From: an uncultured Alphaproteobacteria bacterium
Lineage (GTDB): Bacteria; Electryoneota; RPQS01
Assembly (NCBI GenBank): GCA_964587105.1
Contig: CAZPKG010000005.1
Location: forward strand, 132,540-196,539
Length of the DNA stretch: 64,000 nt
Reading direction: 5' to 3'
A model generated the notes under the pieces. The model had not been told where the DNA came from. It ran no database searches and saw only the letters and a program-made list of their open reading frames with translations. Positions 1 through 9,052 of this stretch are shown in pieces (the stretch's first letter is position 1; every line of letters starts with the position of its first letter). A program made the translations under genes and the position numbers.

Positions 1-1036
1 GGCGAAAGCGCGGGAATTGGGGTTTGATTTGTGCGGCTTTTCGCAGGCTGTGCCATCGCCCCGTGAAGCGAAAGTGCGCGAGTGGTTGGCGGACGGAATG
101 GCTGGGAATATGACCTATCTCAATCGCTCGGTGGAGCGGCGGGTGAATCCTGAACTGGTCTTGCCGGGGGTAAAGAGCGTGATTTCGGTGGGGCAATCGT
201 ACTTTACAGGTTTTTTGCCGGACGAGATTCGGAAAGATCCGTCACGCGGGATTATTGCGAGCTATGCTTGGGGGCAGGACTATCATGACTTGATGGGACA
301 TGCACTGGATGAGCTTGCAGAGTTTGTGCAAGGGATTTCGAGTGATGTCAAGACGAAAGTGTATGTGGATACGGGGCCGGTGCTTGAACGGGAAGTTGCG
401 GAACGCGCTGGGTTGGGGTTTGTGGGCAAGAACACGTTGTTGATTCATCCGAAGATGGGATCGAATCTGTTCTTGGGTGAGATTTTGACGACGCTTGAGC
501 TTGAACCTTCTCCTCTGCCGAAAAAAGTTTCGTGCGGGAGTTGTTCAAGGTGCTTGGATGTTTGTCCGACGCATGCTTTTCCGTCGGCTTATGTGTTGGA
601 TTCGAGGTTGTGTATTTCGTATTTGACGATTGAATTACGCGGCACAATTCCGATTGAATTGAGAGCAAAGATGGGGAATCACATTTTCGGATGCGATGAT
701 TGTCAAACATGCTGCCCGTGGGTGAATCGGTTTTCGACTTTGACACGACAGCAGGCTTTTGCGAATACGATTGAACGCAAAGCTCCACAACTTGACACGC
801 TTGCGCGACTAAGCGAAACAGAATTTGCGGAGATGTTTAGGGGAAGCGCAGTGCTACGACCGAAGTATGAGGGGTTCATGCGGAACGTGGCTGTCGCAAT
901 TGGGAATTGGAAAGAGAGAAAAGCATTGGACGCGCTGGCTCCATTGCTCAATCATGCGAGTGAGTTAGTGCGGGAACATGCGGAGTGGGCAAAATTAGAA
1001 ATTAGAAATAGGAAAGATACGGCGGAGGGGGTGTAA
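1..1036 (+). CDS. queG: tRNA epoxyqueuosine reductase QueG; 5' end lies outside the window
   Basis: The frame is open from nt 2 (..ARELGFDLCGF..). It has the 4Fe-4S motif CGSCSRCLDVCPTHAF and a second Cys cluster (CDDCQTCCPW). The C-terminal HEAT-like tail is typical of QueG. Confidence 0.85.
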   Translation, partial: AKARELGFDLCGFSQAVPSPREAKVREWLADGMAGNMTYLNRSVERRVNPELVLPGVKSVISVGQSYFTGFLPDEIRKDPSRGIIASYAWGQDYHDLMGHALDELAEFVQGISSDVKTKVYVDTGPVLEREVAERAGLGFVGKNTLLIHPKMGSNLFLGEILTTLELEPSPLPKKVSCGSCSRCLDVCPTHAFPSAYVLDSRLCISYLTIELRGTIPIELRAKMGNHIFGCDDCQTCCPWVNRFSTLTRQQAFANTIERKAPQLDTLARLSETEFAEMFRGSAVLRPKYEGFMRNVAVAIGNWKERKALDALAPLLNHASELVREHAEWAKLEIRNRKDTAEGV

Positions 1037-1270
1037 GGGGTTGTTTTTGTGTAAAACGCTAACAATTGGCGGAACGGGAGTTTTGGATAAACAAGGGCTT
1101 GACTTTTGGGGGTGCACCATAATTCACAAAGTCTAACTCCTTGTTATTTTTTATATCCACAATATGTGAAATTTTGAACGTTTGCGCAAGAGGTATTTTC
1201 TGAATATTGAACTTAGTAAGTTGTTGATGGGGTTGGGGTTGACTGAGAATTTTGTGCAATGGGGGCGTGC

Positions 1271-1297
1271 TCGCTCGGTCGGGGCACCCGCAGCGGG
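1271..1297. repeat. Small GC-rich palindrome GGGGCACCCGCAGCGGGTGCCGCC, copy 1 of 2
   Basis: GGCACCCGC-A-GCGGGTGCC is a perfect 9-bp inverted repeat. A near-identical copy lies at 52114-52140. Both copies are intergenic. Confidence 0.4.
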
Positions 1298-1506
1298 TGC
1301 CGCCGCGTTGAAGTTGTTGGGGTGCTTGACGAGATGCTTCCAGCATGACAATGGGCTGAAAGTAGTGGTGCGGTTTGGCGCGGGCGGATTGCCATCCGCC
1401 CCTACAGGATGCGAAACAAAGGTGCACAGATTCCGGCCGGGTTGCGGCGGCCTTAACCCGGCTCGGCGGAAATGGGGGTGCTTGAGGGGTCGGTTTGTCA
1501 AATATT

Positions 1507-1545
1507 TTACCCCCCTTTATCCCCCCGGAGGACTGGGGGGAAATA
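1507..1545 (+). repeat. Solo copy of the CCCCCC-GGAGGACT-GGGGGG hairpin repeat
   Basis: TTTTACCCCCCTTTATCCCCCCGGAGGACTGGGGGGAAAT is the same element as at 6724-6770 (reverse orientation), 7147-7195 and 7288-7336. Confidence 0.6.
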
Positions 1546-1550
1546 TGAAA

Positions 1551-1582
1551 GAAGGCAGCCTTACGGCTGCCTTCTTGTTTTT
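1551..1582 (+). terminator. Rho-independent terminator, likely bidirectional
   Basis: GAAGGCAGCC-TTAC-GGCTGCCTTC is a 10-bp GC stem followed by TTGTTTTT on the + strand. It sits directly at the 3' end of the minus-strand regulator gene. Confidence 0.6.
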
Positions 1583-3056
1583 ACATTTCGTCTTGAGGAT
1601 GCAGGTCTATGCCCAGCTCTTTGGCTTTTTTCCAGAGAGTTGTGCGGTCGATCTGTAACATGCGCGAGGCCTTGATAACGTGACCGTTGGCGGCGAGCAT
1701 GGCATTCTCGATAAACTGCTTTTCAAAATTACGGACGGCGGTTTTTAGCGGGCCGAGAGCCATAAGATTCTCGGGAGCTGACGTCGTTACCGTGTTCGTG
1801 TTAGTGGTGTTGCCTGCCGGAGTGTTGACCGGATAGTTCACCGACACCGGATTAAAGCTGTTGTTCTCGGTGGTGATGAACGGCTGCTTCAAGAACTGCA
1901 ACGTGGCGGCGGTGATGGTGGTGCCGGTAGATGCCAGGAGCGCGCGCTCGATGACATTTTCCAATTCACGCACGTTGCCGGGCCACGGGTGAGTCAACAA
2001 CAGAGCCATCGCGTCGTCGGTGAAGGTGAAGTTACCTTTTTGCAGACGGCCGCCGATTTTATCCAAGAAATGCGCACAGAGCATGGGAATATCTTCCTTG
2101 CGCTCACGCAGCGGCGGGATGGTAATCGGGACGACGTTCAGACGATAGTAGAGATCCATGCGGAAGCGGCCTTCCTGAATCATCCGCTCCAAGTCGCGGT
2201 TGGTAGCCGTGACGACACGGATATTGACGGGAATCTTGCGATTGCCGCCGAGCCGCTCAATTTCGCGATCCTGAAGGACATTCAGGAGCTTGACCTGAGT
2301 GGAAAGCGACAATTCGCCGATTTCGTCCAAGAAGATCGTTCCGCCGTTGGCCGCTTCAAACTTACCGATGCGAGTTTGCTTGGCATCGGTGAAGGCGCCC
2401 TTCTCGTGTCCGAAGAGTTCGGATTCGAGCAAGGTTTCCGGCAGTGCGGCGCAGTTTACCTTGATAAACGGCTTGTCACTGCGCGGGCCTTCAAAGTGCA
2501 GAGCGCGGGCCACGAGTTCCTTACCGGCGCCGGTTTCGGCCCGGATGAGAACGGTGGTATCGACTGCTGCCACTTCACGGATAGCATCAAAGACCTTGTG
2601 CATAGCGGCCGAGCGTCCCACCAAGCCGCCAAGCTTGTGATCCCCGCCGAGCCGACGCTTCAATTTTTCAACTTCGCCAACGAGACGAAGATTTGAGAGC
2701 GCGGCATCGACTGTGCGCGCGAGGAGCCGTGGCTCCATCGGCGAACTTACATAGTTAGTCGCGCCATTTTCCATAGCCTCGACGATCTTCTCGGAATTAT
2801 CGGTATCCGAGTAGATCACCACAGGCAGGCGCAAGTGACGCGCACGGATATCGCCGATCAGCGAGATTCCGGACGTCCCTTTCAGGTCCACGTCACAGAG
2901 GACCACATCTACTGATTCGGTTTCGAGCCGATTCAGCACATTACTGGGATTCATTTCGTGAATAACACGATATCCCCCCTCGCCTCGCAAGGAACGCGTG
3001 AAGCGTTCGATGGCTGAGGACTCTTCGTCAACAATCAAAAGCGTTGGTTCCGGCAT
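1581..3056 (-). CDS. Sigma-54-dependent response regulator (NtrC family enhancer-binding protein)
   Basis: Receiver domain ([17 protein letters not shown]). AAA+ sigma-54 activation domain ([30 protein letters not shown]). C-terminal Fis-type HTH. The likely start is MPEPTLL at 3056; the six-frame ORF extends to 3161. Confidence 0.85.
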   Translation of the reverse strand: MPEPTLLIVDEESSAIERFTRSLRGEGGYRVIHEMNPSNVLNRLETESVDVVLCDVDLKGTSGISLIGDIRARHLRLPVVIYSDTDNSEKIVEAMENGATNYVSSPMEPRLLARTVDAALSNLRLVGEVEKLKRRLGGDHKLGGLVGRSAAMHKVFDAIREVAAVDTTVLIRAETGAGKELVARALHFEGPRSDKPFIKVNCAALPETLLESELFGHEKGAFTDAKQTRIGKFEAANGGTIFLDEIGELSLSTQVKLLNVLQDREIERLGGNRKIPVNIRVVTATNRDLERMIQEGRFRMDLYYRLNVVPITIPPLRERKEDIPMLCAHFLDKIGGRLQKGNFTFTDDAMALLLTHPWPGNVRELENVIERALLASTGTTITAATLQFLKQPFITTENNSFNPVSVNYPVNTPAGNTTNTNTVTTSAPENLMALGPLKTAVRNFEKQFIENAMLAANGHVIKASRMLQIDRTTLWKKAKELGIDLHPQDEM

Positions 3057-3329
3057 CTTCCGGGTCTCCCGTTTCCATAATCCATTCGTTAGCACCCACA
3101 GAACATCCATTCCCTCGGCAAAAGACGGGCCGAGCTGATACATCGCAACCTCCTTGTTCATCCATTACAACATCGGGAAACGCCCGAGAACTATATCGAC
3201 TATCCTCCAAAAAATACTGGGGTAGGGTTCACTTATTAACATAACAGTTTGCAGAGCATAGGCCAAAGAGTCAAGAGTTCTGACCCATTTTTGTAGAAAA
3301 GTCACGACAGCGGAAATGGAACTCCAAAT

Positions 3330-3358
3330 TTGACAATCCAGCGACTCTACGGTATATT
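3330..3358 (+). promoter_or_regulatory. Sigma-70-type promoter for dapA-dapB
   Basis: TTGACA (3330-3335), 17-nt spacer, TATATT (3353-3358), about 70 nt upstream of the dapA ATG. Confidence 0.5.
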
Positions 3359-3428
3359 CTAATTCGGGAATAATAGACATGTTGCGAAGTCGCGACGTGA
3401 AGATTCGGAACACAAACCCTATAACAAT

Positions 3429-4316
3429 ATGAACTTCTACACAGGATTATGGATTGCCGTGGTCACACCGTTCAAAAACGGGCAAATTGACGAGGCTGCC
3501 CTGCAAAATTTGGTCAGTGACCTTGCGAATCGCGGCGCGGATGGATTTGTCCCTTTAGGCACCACAGGAGAGGCTTCATGCCTCTCACGGGACGAAAGAC
3601 GGCGTGTGATCCAGCTTGTTTTGGAGGCGGCCAAGGACCTGCCTGTCTCGCCAGGCTGCGGGACGAACGCGACGGAGCAGACGATTGAGTTTGTTCGAGA
3701 AGCTAAGCAATTGGGCGCGCAGGGGGCGATGGTGATCACGCCATATTACAACAAGCCGACGCAGGAAGGGCTGTTCCAGCACTATTCGGCTGTGCATGAT
3801 GCGACCGAGTTGCCGCTGCTCATGTACAATGTTCCGGGTCGGACGAGCGTGAACATGCTACCGGAGACTGTCGAGCGGCTGGCCGACTTGCCTCGAATTG
3901 CTTCGATTAAGGAAGCGAGTGGAAATTTGGAGCAAATCAGTGAAGTTGCGGCTCGAATTGAAGGCCGAATGACGGTTTTGTCAGGTGATGATGGGTTAAC
4001 TTTGCCGATCATGTCCGTCGGCGGAGTGGGAGTGGTGTCGGTGGTGGGGAATGTCGCGCCGGACTTGCTCAAGGGGATTATCAAGGCCTTTGACCGCCGC
4101 GACACGCACTCTGCATTGCTGGCGCATCAGACTCTGGCGCCGATCGCTAAGGCGATGTTCCTTGAAACGAATCCGTCACCCGTGAAGTATGCGCTGCACA
4201 CAATGGGCAAGATTGCCAACGAGTTCAGATTGCCGATGGTGCCGGTGAAGAAGGAAACGGAAGGCAAAATCCGCGCGGCAATTGCGGCGTATTTGGAGAA
4301 TCCGAATGTCGCGTGA
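3429..4316 (+). CDS. dapA: 4-hydroxy-tetrahydrodipicolinate synthase
   Basis: Full-length similarity to DapA/DHDPS. It has GTTGE and ITPYYNKP motifs and the active-site region around MYNVPGRT. Confidence 0.9.
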   Translation: MNFYTGLWIAVVTPFKNGQIDEAALQNLVSDLANRGADGFVPLGTTGEASCLSRDERRRVIQLVLEAAKDLPVSPGCGTNATEQTIEFVREAKQLGAQGAMVITPYYNKPTQEGLFQHYSAVHDATELPLLMYNVPGRTSVNMLPETVERLADLPRIASIKEASGNLEQISEVAARIEGRMTVLSGDDGLTLPIMSVGGVGVVSVVGNVAPDLLKGIIKAFDRRDTHSALLAHQTLAPIAKAMFLETNPSPVKYALHTMGKIANEFRLPMVPVKKETEGKIRAAIAAYLENPNVA

Positions 4317-5022
4317 GCCGATTCAAATCGCCTTGTTCGGCGCGGCGGGACGGATGGGTAAGGTGCTGCTGCATGAGGCGCGGGCATTCCCGAGCTTGAA
4401 GATTACTCATGCTTTCGATCCGGCGGGCGCGGGGCAATATTTTGATGATTTGATGATAGAACCGAAGTGCTACGGCGTGCATAATCATGTGAAGGTCGCG
4501 GTGGACTTTTCGACGGCCAATTCGGTCATTGAAAATGTGCAGTGCTGTCGGCAGAGCAAAGTGAATTATGTCTGCGGCGTAACGGGTGTGCCGGAAAATG
4601 TGAAGAAGGAATTGCGCGAAGCAGCGAAGGATATTGCTGTCTTGCACGCGCCGAATATGTCGCCGGGGATGAACGTGCTGTTTGCTCTCGTGGCGGAAGC
4701 GGCGGCGGCGTTGCCTGGGTATGAGGTGTATTTGTCGGAAGCGCATCACACGAAGAAGGTGGATGCTCCGTCGGGAACGGCGATTCGGATTGCCGAGATA
4801 ATCGAAGACACGATTGGGAAGAAGCCGGAGGTGTTTTCGCTCCGAGTCGGGGATGTTGTTGGTGAACACACGCTCGTGCTGGGTGGACATGGAGAGAGAT
4901 TGGAGATTACACATCGTGCCGATTCACGCGCGGTGTTTGCGCATGGAGCCTTGCGAGCGGCGGAATGGCTGGCGGATCAGCCTGCGGGTTTTTATGGGAT
5001 GGGGGATGTGTTGGGATTATAA
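4306..5022 (+). CDS. dapB: 4-hydroxy-tetrahydrodipicolinate reductase
   Basis: N-terminal Rossmann motif (IALFGAAGRMGK) and the DapB C-terminal EITHRA..SRAVFAHGALRAAEWL. It overlaps dapA by 11 nt. The six-frame ORF starts at 4282, but the ATG at 4306 fits better. Confidence 0.85.
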   Translation: MSREPIQIALFGAAGRMGKVLLHEARAFPSLKITHAFDPAGAGQYFDDLMIEPKCYGVHNHVKVAVDFSTANSVIENVQCCRQSKVNYVCGVTGVPENVKKELREAAKDIAVLHAPNMSPGMNVLFALVAEAAAALPGYEVYLSEAHHTKKVDAPSGTAIRIAEIIEDTIGKKPEVFSLRVGDVVGEHTLVLGGHGERLEITHRADSRAVFAHGALRAAEWLADQPAGFYGMGDVLGL

Positions 5023-5061
5023 GGCCGGAACAATGCTGGATCAACTTGAAAGGAGTTGGCC

Positions 5062-6723
5062 ATGTTGCTCGGAATATTATTGCTTTGTATTGGATCGATC
5101 TCATTCGGTCAACCGATGATTGTCGAGTGGGAGACGGATATTCTTCATGATGAACCGAATCGCTTTGTAGGGATTAACGACGTTTGCGCCGCAGAAGACG
5201 GCGAATTTTATTGGGCAGTTGGGGCCTGGGGAAACGCGATAGGGAGTTGGGAAGATTCGTCTGAGGCCTGGGTTGTCCGATTAGGGCTGGACGGACATGT
5301 AATCTCTTCGTCGAATCACCGCGACCCAGTGTCCGACGAGTTCTTTTGTGTTACACCGTACAGTGGTAGTCGGGCTCTTGCCGGAGCTAAGGGCAATATC
5401 TTGTACCAATTGAGCGAAATCGGTGGGATTGCCGGTGCACAGACAATTTGCGACTCCACGTGGGGGCCGGACTTGAATGATATCGTTGTCGTTTCGGATG
5501 ACTTGATCATTGCGGGCGGAAGGTGCAGTCGCATAGTTGACGATTATTGGTTCGAAAATGGGGTTGTTAGTGCGATAGCTGCAGATGGGAGTGTTGCTTG
5601 GGAAGTTGCATTTGATACAAGTCGCCATGCGACAATTGTTGACTTACACTTTACAATTGCCAACGAAATCGTCGCGTTAGTTGATTACTATAGCTCCGAC
5701 AATTCTCCCGCGATTGCGAGAATCAGTCTGACCGGGGAGCTTCTCAGCTATTCGCCGTTGTCAAACAATAATTCATCCAGTAGCGTCCTGATAAACGATG
5801 ACGGATCGTATTCGTATTGCGTGTTCAATTTAACAGATCATATGTGGCACTTGATCAAGAAGGATGCAACTGACGAGGTCGTGTCTGACGTCACAGTGTC
5901 CTTGGGGAGCCATTTCCACGGAACATTTGTCAAGTTGGATGACGGCCACTTACTTGCACAAGTTGATTCAGGTTTTGTTTGTTTGAGCAATTCTGGTGAC
6001 AGTCTGTGGGAGCAGCCTGTAACGGGATGGCCGAAAGCTTATCCGACTCCTGATGGTGGACTTCTGACAACAACCGAGTATCGCGCAGGAAATTTCTTTG
6101 GGATACACTTCAAAAAGTTTTCGAGCGCACAACCACGAATTGCAACGCATGTTGATTCATTGGAATTCGAGACAACGTTGGTTGGAAGCGAAAGCGGTTC
6201 ACTTTTGCCGATTTTCAACAGTGGGATTGACAGTTTTCAGATAAGTGCAGATGTACCGGAAGGTTTTCGCTTGTTTTTGCTTGACGATCTTTGGATCCAT
6301 CAAGGCGACACCACAACGGTTCCGGTAGTTTTCGCTCCAACAGAAGCACGTCACTATGAAGGGACGTTAACATTGCGCGCAATCCCCGGCGCCGGTGTGG
6401 TAACTGTTCATTTAGTTGCTGATGCGCAGGCGCTGAACGCACCTATTGAACAAGTTCCGCATTCCTTCGCCCTTCTTCCTCCCTATCCGAATCCGTTTAA
6501 CGCAACGACTACGATTGAGTTTGAGTTGCCGCGCAGCGCTGACGTTTCTTTGAAAGTGTATGACATGCAGGGACGGTTGGTGACTACGCTGGTGGATGAA
6601 GTTGCAGCGGCGGGGGTACATTCGGTGAGTTGGAGTTGTGTGGAATGTGCTTCGGGATTGTATTTTGTGCGGATGAATGCTGGGGGATTTGTGGCAACGC
6701 AGAAACTTATGTTGGTGAAGTAG
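5062..6723 (+). CDS. Secreted beta-propeller-like protein with T9SS C-terminal sorting domain
   Basis: AAGGAG RBS 6 nt before the ATG at 5062. Signal peptide (LLGILLLCIGSISFGQP). C-terminal domain YPNPFNATTTIEFELP...GLYFVRMNAGGFVATQKLMLVK. Confidence 0.75.
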   Translation: MLLGILLLCIGSISFGQPMIVEWETDILHDEPNRFVGINDVCAAEDGEFYWAVGAWGNAIGSWEDSSEAWVVRLGLDGHVISSSNHRDPVSDEFFCVTPYSGSRALAGAKGNILYQLSEIGGIAGAQTICDSTWGPDLNDIVVVSDDLIIAGGRCSRIVDDYWFENGVVSAIAADGSVAWEVAFDTSRHATIVDLHFTIANEIVALVDYYSSDNSPAIARISLTGELLSYSPLSNNNSSSSVLINDDGSYSYCVFNLTDHMWHLIKKDATDEVVSDVTVSLGSHFHGTFVKLDDGHLLAQVDSGFVCLSNSGDSLWEQPVTGWPKAYPTPDGGLLTTTEYRAGNFFGIHFKKFSSAQPRIATHVDSLEFETTLVGSESGSLLPIFNSGIDSFQISADVPEGFRLFLLDDLWIHQGDTTTVPVVFAPTEARHYEGTLTLRAIPGAGVVTVHLVADAQALNAPIEQVPHSFALLPPYPNPFNATTTIEFELPRSADVSLKVYDMQGRLVTTLVDEVAAAGVHSVSWSCVECASGLYFVRMNAGGFVATQKLMLVK

Positions 6724-6770
6724 GACTCTGATTTCCCACCAGTCCTCTGGGCGGAAAAAAGGGGGGTAAA
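6724..6770 (-). repeat. Hairpin repeat in reverse orientation; left inverted repeat flanking the DUF559 gene
   Basis: Its reverse complement, TTTACCCCCCTTTTTTCCGCCCAGAGGACTGGTGGGAAATCAGAGTC, matches the right-hand copies at 7147-7195 and 7288-7336. Confidence 0.6.
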
Positions 6771-6772
6771 CA

Positions 6773-7132
6773 GTGAGAGACTTCGACAAAGTTAAGTGGA
6801 AAACCTGGCAGCGTGCGCACGAGTTCCGACGAGATCAAACTCAAGCGGAAAGACTGCTTTGGTACAAGCTGCGAACTGAGCAGCTCGGAGTGAAATTTCG
6901 GCGACAGCATCCGGTTGGTGATTACATTGTAGATTTTATTTGCATCGAACGGCAACTCATTGTTGAAATAGACGGACCGTCTCACGGCGAAATCGCACAG
7001 CAGGAGCATGATGCGCGGCGCACGGAGCACTTGAATTTTCTTGGTTATCGAGTGGTCCGCTTTACCAACGGCCAAGTAAGGGACTCCATGTCTTATGTTC
7101 TCGAACAGATTATTGAAGAGCTTAAGCGGTAG
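6773..7132 (+). CDS. DUF559 endonuclease-domain protein (Vsr-like fold)
   Basis: 119 aa with the ..LW..LR...GVKFRRQHPVGDYIVDFICIERQLIVEIDGPSH.. pattern typical of DUF559. Its GTG start lies inside the left inverted repeat. Confidence 0.75.
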   Translation: MRDFDKVKWKTWQRAHEFRRDQTQAERLLWYKLRTEQLGVKFRRQHPVGDYIVDFICIERQLIVEIDGPSHGEIAQQEHDARRTEHLNFLGYRVVRFTNGQVRDSMSYVLEQIIEELKR

Positions 7133-7146
7133 TAAGCCGCTTGGGA

Positions 7147-7195
7147 TTTTACCCCCCCTTACCCCCCCAGAGGACTGGGGGGGAATCAGAATCGA
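7147..7195 (+). repeat. Hairpin repeat; right inverted repeat flanking the DUF559 gene
   Basis: TTTTACCCCCCCCTTACCCCCCCAGAGGACTGGGGGGGAATCAGAATCG, preceded by a terminator-like hairpin AAGCGG-TAGTAA-CCGCTT that spans the DUF559 stop codon. Confidence 0.6.
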
Positions 7196-7224
7196 GTTAT
7201 TCGAGTTACTAATTACAAGTTAAG

Positions 7225-7336
7225 GAGAGCATGCCCTATGTTCTCGAAACTATTCTTGATGCGCTCAAACGTAAATAAGCCGCTTGGGATTTTACCCCCC
7301 TTTACCCCCCCAGAGGACTGGGGGGGAATCAGAATC
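7225..7336 (+). repeat. Partial tandem duplication of the DUF559 3' end, hairpin and repeat
   Basis: 7234-7336 is about 85% identical to 7089-7195. It retains a remnant ORF MPYVLETILDALKRK* (compare MSYVLEQIIEELKR* at the end of DUF559). Confidence 0.6.
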
Positions 7337-9052
7337 GTGCTCTTTCTTATTCTCGCTTCTGCTTCTTTTGCTCAGCCGTTTCCGCCGGACTCGGTTTGGA
7401 CGTTTGCGTTTGACGATGGTGGGGACGAGTATTTTTATGATGCAATAGAAGTTAGTGACGGGTATTTGCTGTGCGGTGAGGCGCGAGAGTGGAATGCGAT
7501 GGCGGGGGAAGCGTTGTTGGTGAAGATTGACCGGGATGGGGAATTGGTTTGGAGCCGGAGGTATGCGGACAATGAGTACTGGAGGTTCAAGCAAATTGAC
7601 TCATCGCAGAACGGTTACTACTTAGCAACTGAAATTACCGCTTCCAGTGGACAACGTAGTCGGATTGCCGTCTATGAGCTTAACTCGCACGGTGACTTGG
7701 GAGCGCAGTTAGAGATTGACGGTGGTGACAGCGCGAATGCAAGCTTAGGCAGCGCATTCTACATGAACTCCAATGAGTGGCGAGTTTCGTATACCTTGTC
7801 AAGCAGCGCGAATGGCAGGCACCTATCTTACAAACGAAGAAGTGGTGCAGGAACAGAAACCAGTTACTTTGATGGGATTCGCATCAACGAAAACAGCGGG
7901 CACTTGTTGATGGGTCCGGACTTTGTGCTTTTTGGAAGCGTGCGGGACTCGGTCAACTCGAACTCAAATGGAGTGCTTCGATCCTCTGGTCAAAACAGCG
8001 AGTTTGGTGGTCCCGAAAATGATGCGATTTTTGGCGCAACCATAGATATTTCGAGTAATCAATTGGTCAGTACAGGTTTCACTGAATTGGATGGAGTAAC
8101 CAGCGACTTGTGGTTGTTTTCTGCCGTCATGTACGACATTGATTCATTGCTTTGGAACAAACATTACGGCGGCCTCGCGTACGAAGACGGCGTAGAAATC
8201 GTTAATGCATCTGACGGCGGATTCATCATTGCAGGGAATTTCTCTTCGGAAGACATTGAGTTTGAGCAATCGGATTATTGGCTGCTTAAAGTTGATGAAA
8301 ATGGGGACAGTGTTTGGTCGGTGGTGAAGGGCGGAGATGAAGCGGATCGGTGTGACGGGATGATTCAGACGGAGAACGGGTTTTTATTGTTTGGCGCATC
8401 GCAATCGTTTGCTGTGCCGGGGTGGGACGGGTGCGCGATGTTTTTGGCTTATGTACCGGATATTGCGGCTCTGCCTGCGAGTTTGAATTTCGGGCCGGTG
8501 GCGGTGGGAGACAGCTCTTCGCACTCGCTGGGGTTGATCAATACCGGATCGAACGTGCTGACGGTGACGGAGATTTCATCGACCGCGAACTATCACGCGA
8601 ATTTCACAGGTCCGGCAACGGTTGAAATTGGCGATACACTGAACGTGCCTGTGGTGTTCACGCCGCAGTCGGTTGGAACTCATGTGGACACACTGCGCAT
8701 TTTGAGTGATGCGGTTTCGGGTGTGAAGAACGTGCGGTGTTTGGGTGCGGGAACGGCGGCGGATGCGGATGACGGAAGTTTGCTGCCGAAAGAGTTTAAG
8801 CTTTATCCTCCCTACCCCAATCCGTTTAATCCTACTACTGTGATTCGGTTTGAATTGCCGAAAGCTCAATTTGTGAAGCTGGAGTTGCTTGACGTGACCG
8901 GAAGATTGGTGCAGAAGATCGTGGATCAGTCTTTTGCGGCGGGAGAGCATCAGATTATGATTGACGGTGCGAGGTTGGCTTCGGGGATTTATTTTGCGGC
9001 CATCAAGGCAGGGGAAAACTATGCGGTGCAAAAACTTCTCTTGGTTAAATAG
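7238..9052 (+). CDS. Secreted beta-propeller/choice-of-anchor-D protein with T9SS C-terminal sorting domain
   Basis: PQQ-like repeats (DGELVWSRRY), a choice-of-anchor-D/ASH-like segment (LNFGPVAVGDSSSHSLGLINTGSNVLTV) and C-terminal YPNPFNPTTVIRFELP...QKLLLVK. The start is uncertain. The ATG at 7238 reads through the duplicated repeat; the alternative GTG at 7337 gives VLFLILASASFAQP. Confidence 0.75.
   Translation: MFSKLFLMRSNVNKPLGILPPFTPPEDWGGIRIVLFLILASASFAQPFPPDSVWTFAFDDGGDEYFYDAIEVSDGYLLCGEAREWNAMAGEALLVKIDRDGELVWSRRYADNEYWRFKQIDSSQNGYYLATEITASSGQRSRIAVYELNSHGDLGAQLEIDGGDSANASLGSAFYMNSNEWRVSYTLSSSANGRHLSYKRRSGAGTETSYFDGIRINENSGHLLMGPDFVLFGSVRDSVNSNSNGVLRSSGQNSEFGGPENDAIFGATIDISSNQLVSTGFTELDGVTSDLWLFSAVMYDIDSLLWNKHYGGLAYEDGVEIVNASDGGFIIAGNFSSEDIEFEQSDYWLLKVDENGDSVWSVVKGGDEADRCDGMIQTENGFLLFGASQSFAVPGWDGCAMFLAYVPDIAALPASLNFGPVAVGDSSSHSLGLINTGSNVLTVTEISSTANYHANFTGPATVEIGDTLNVPVVFTPQSVGTHVDTLRILSDAVSGVKNVRCLGAGTAADADDGSLLPKEFKLYPPYPNPFNPTTVIRFELPKAQFVKLELLDVTGRLVQKIVDQSFAAGEHQIMIDGARLASGIYFAAIKAGENYAVQKLLLVK

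Noticed and set aside
1182-1658. 158-aa + strand ORF in the queG/regulator intergenic region
   Set aside because: It has a Gly/Ala/Arg-rich composition typical of a GC-rich non-coding frame. It runs through hairpins and the terminator, and has no RBS.
1989-2696. 235-aa antisense ORF inside the sigma-54 regulator gene (also 53866-54459 in mutS2, 4225-4914 in dapB, 20521-21345 in the S8 protease, 40853-41218 in pgi)
   Set aside because: These are long antisense frames typical of high-GC DNA. The sense frames have clear homology.
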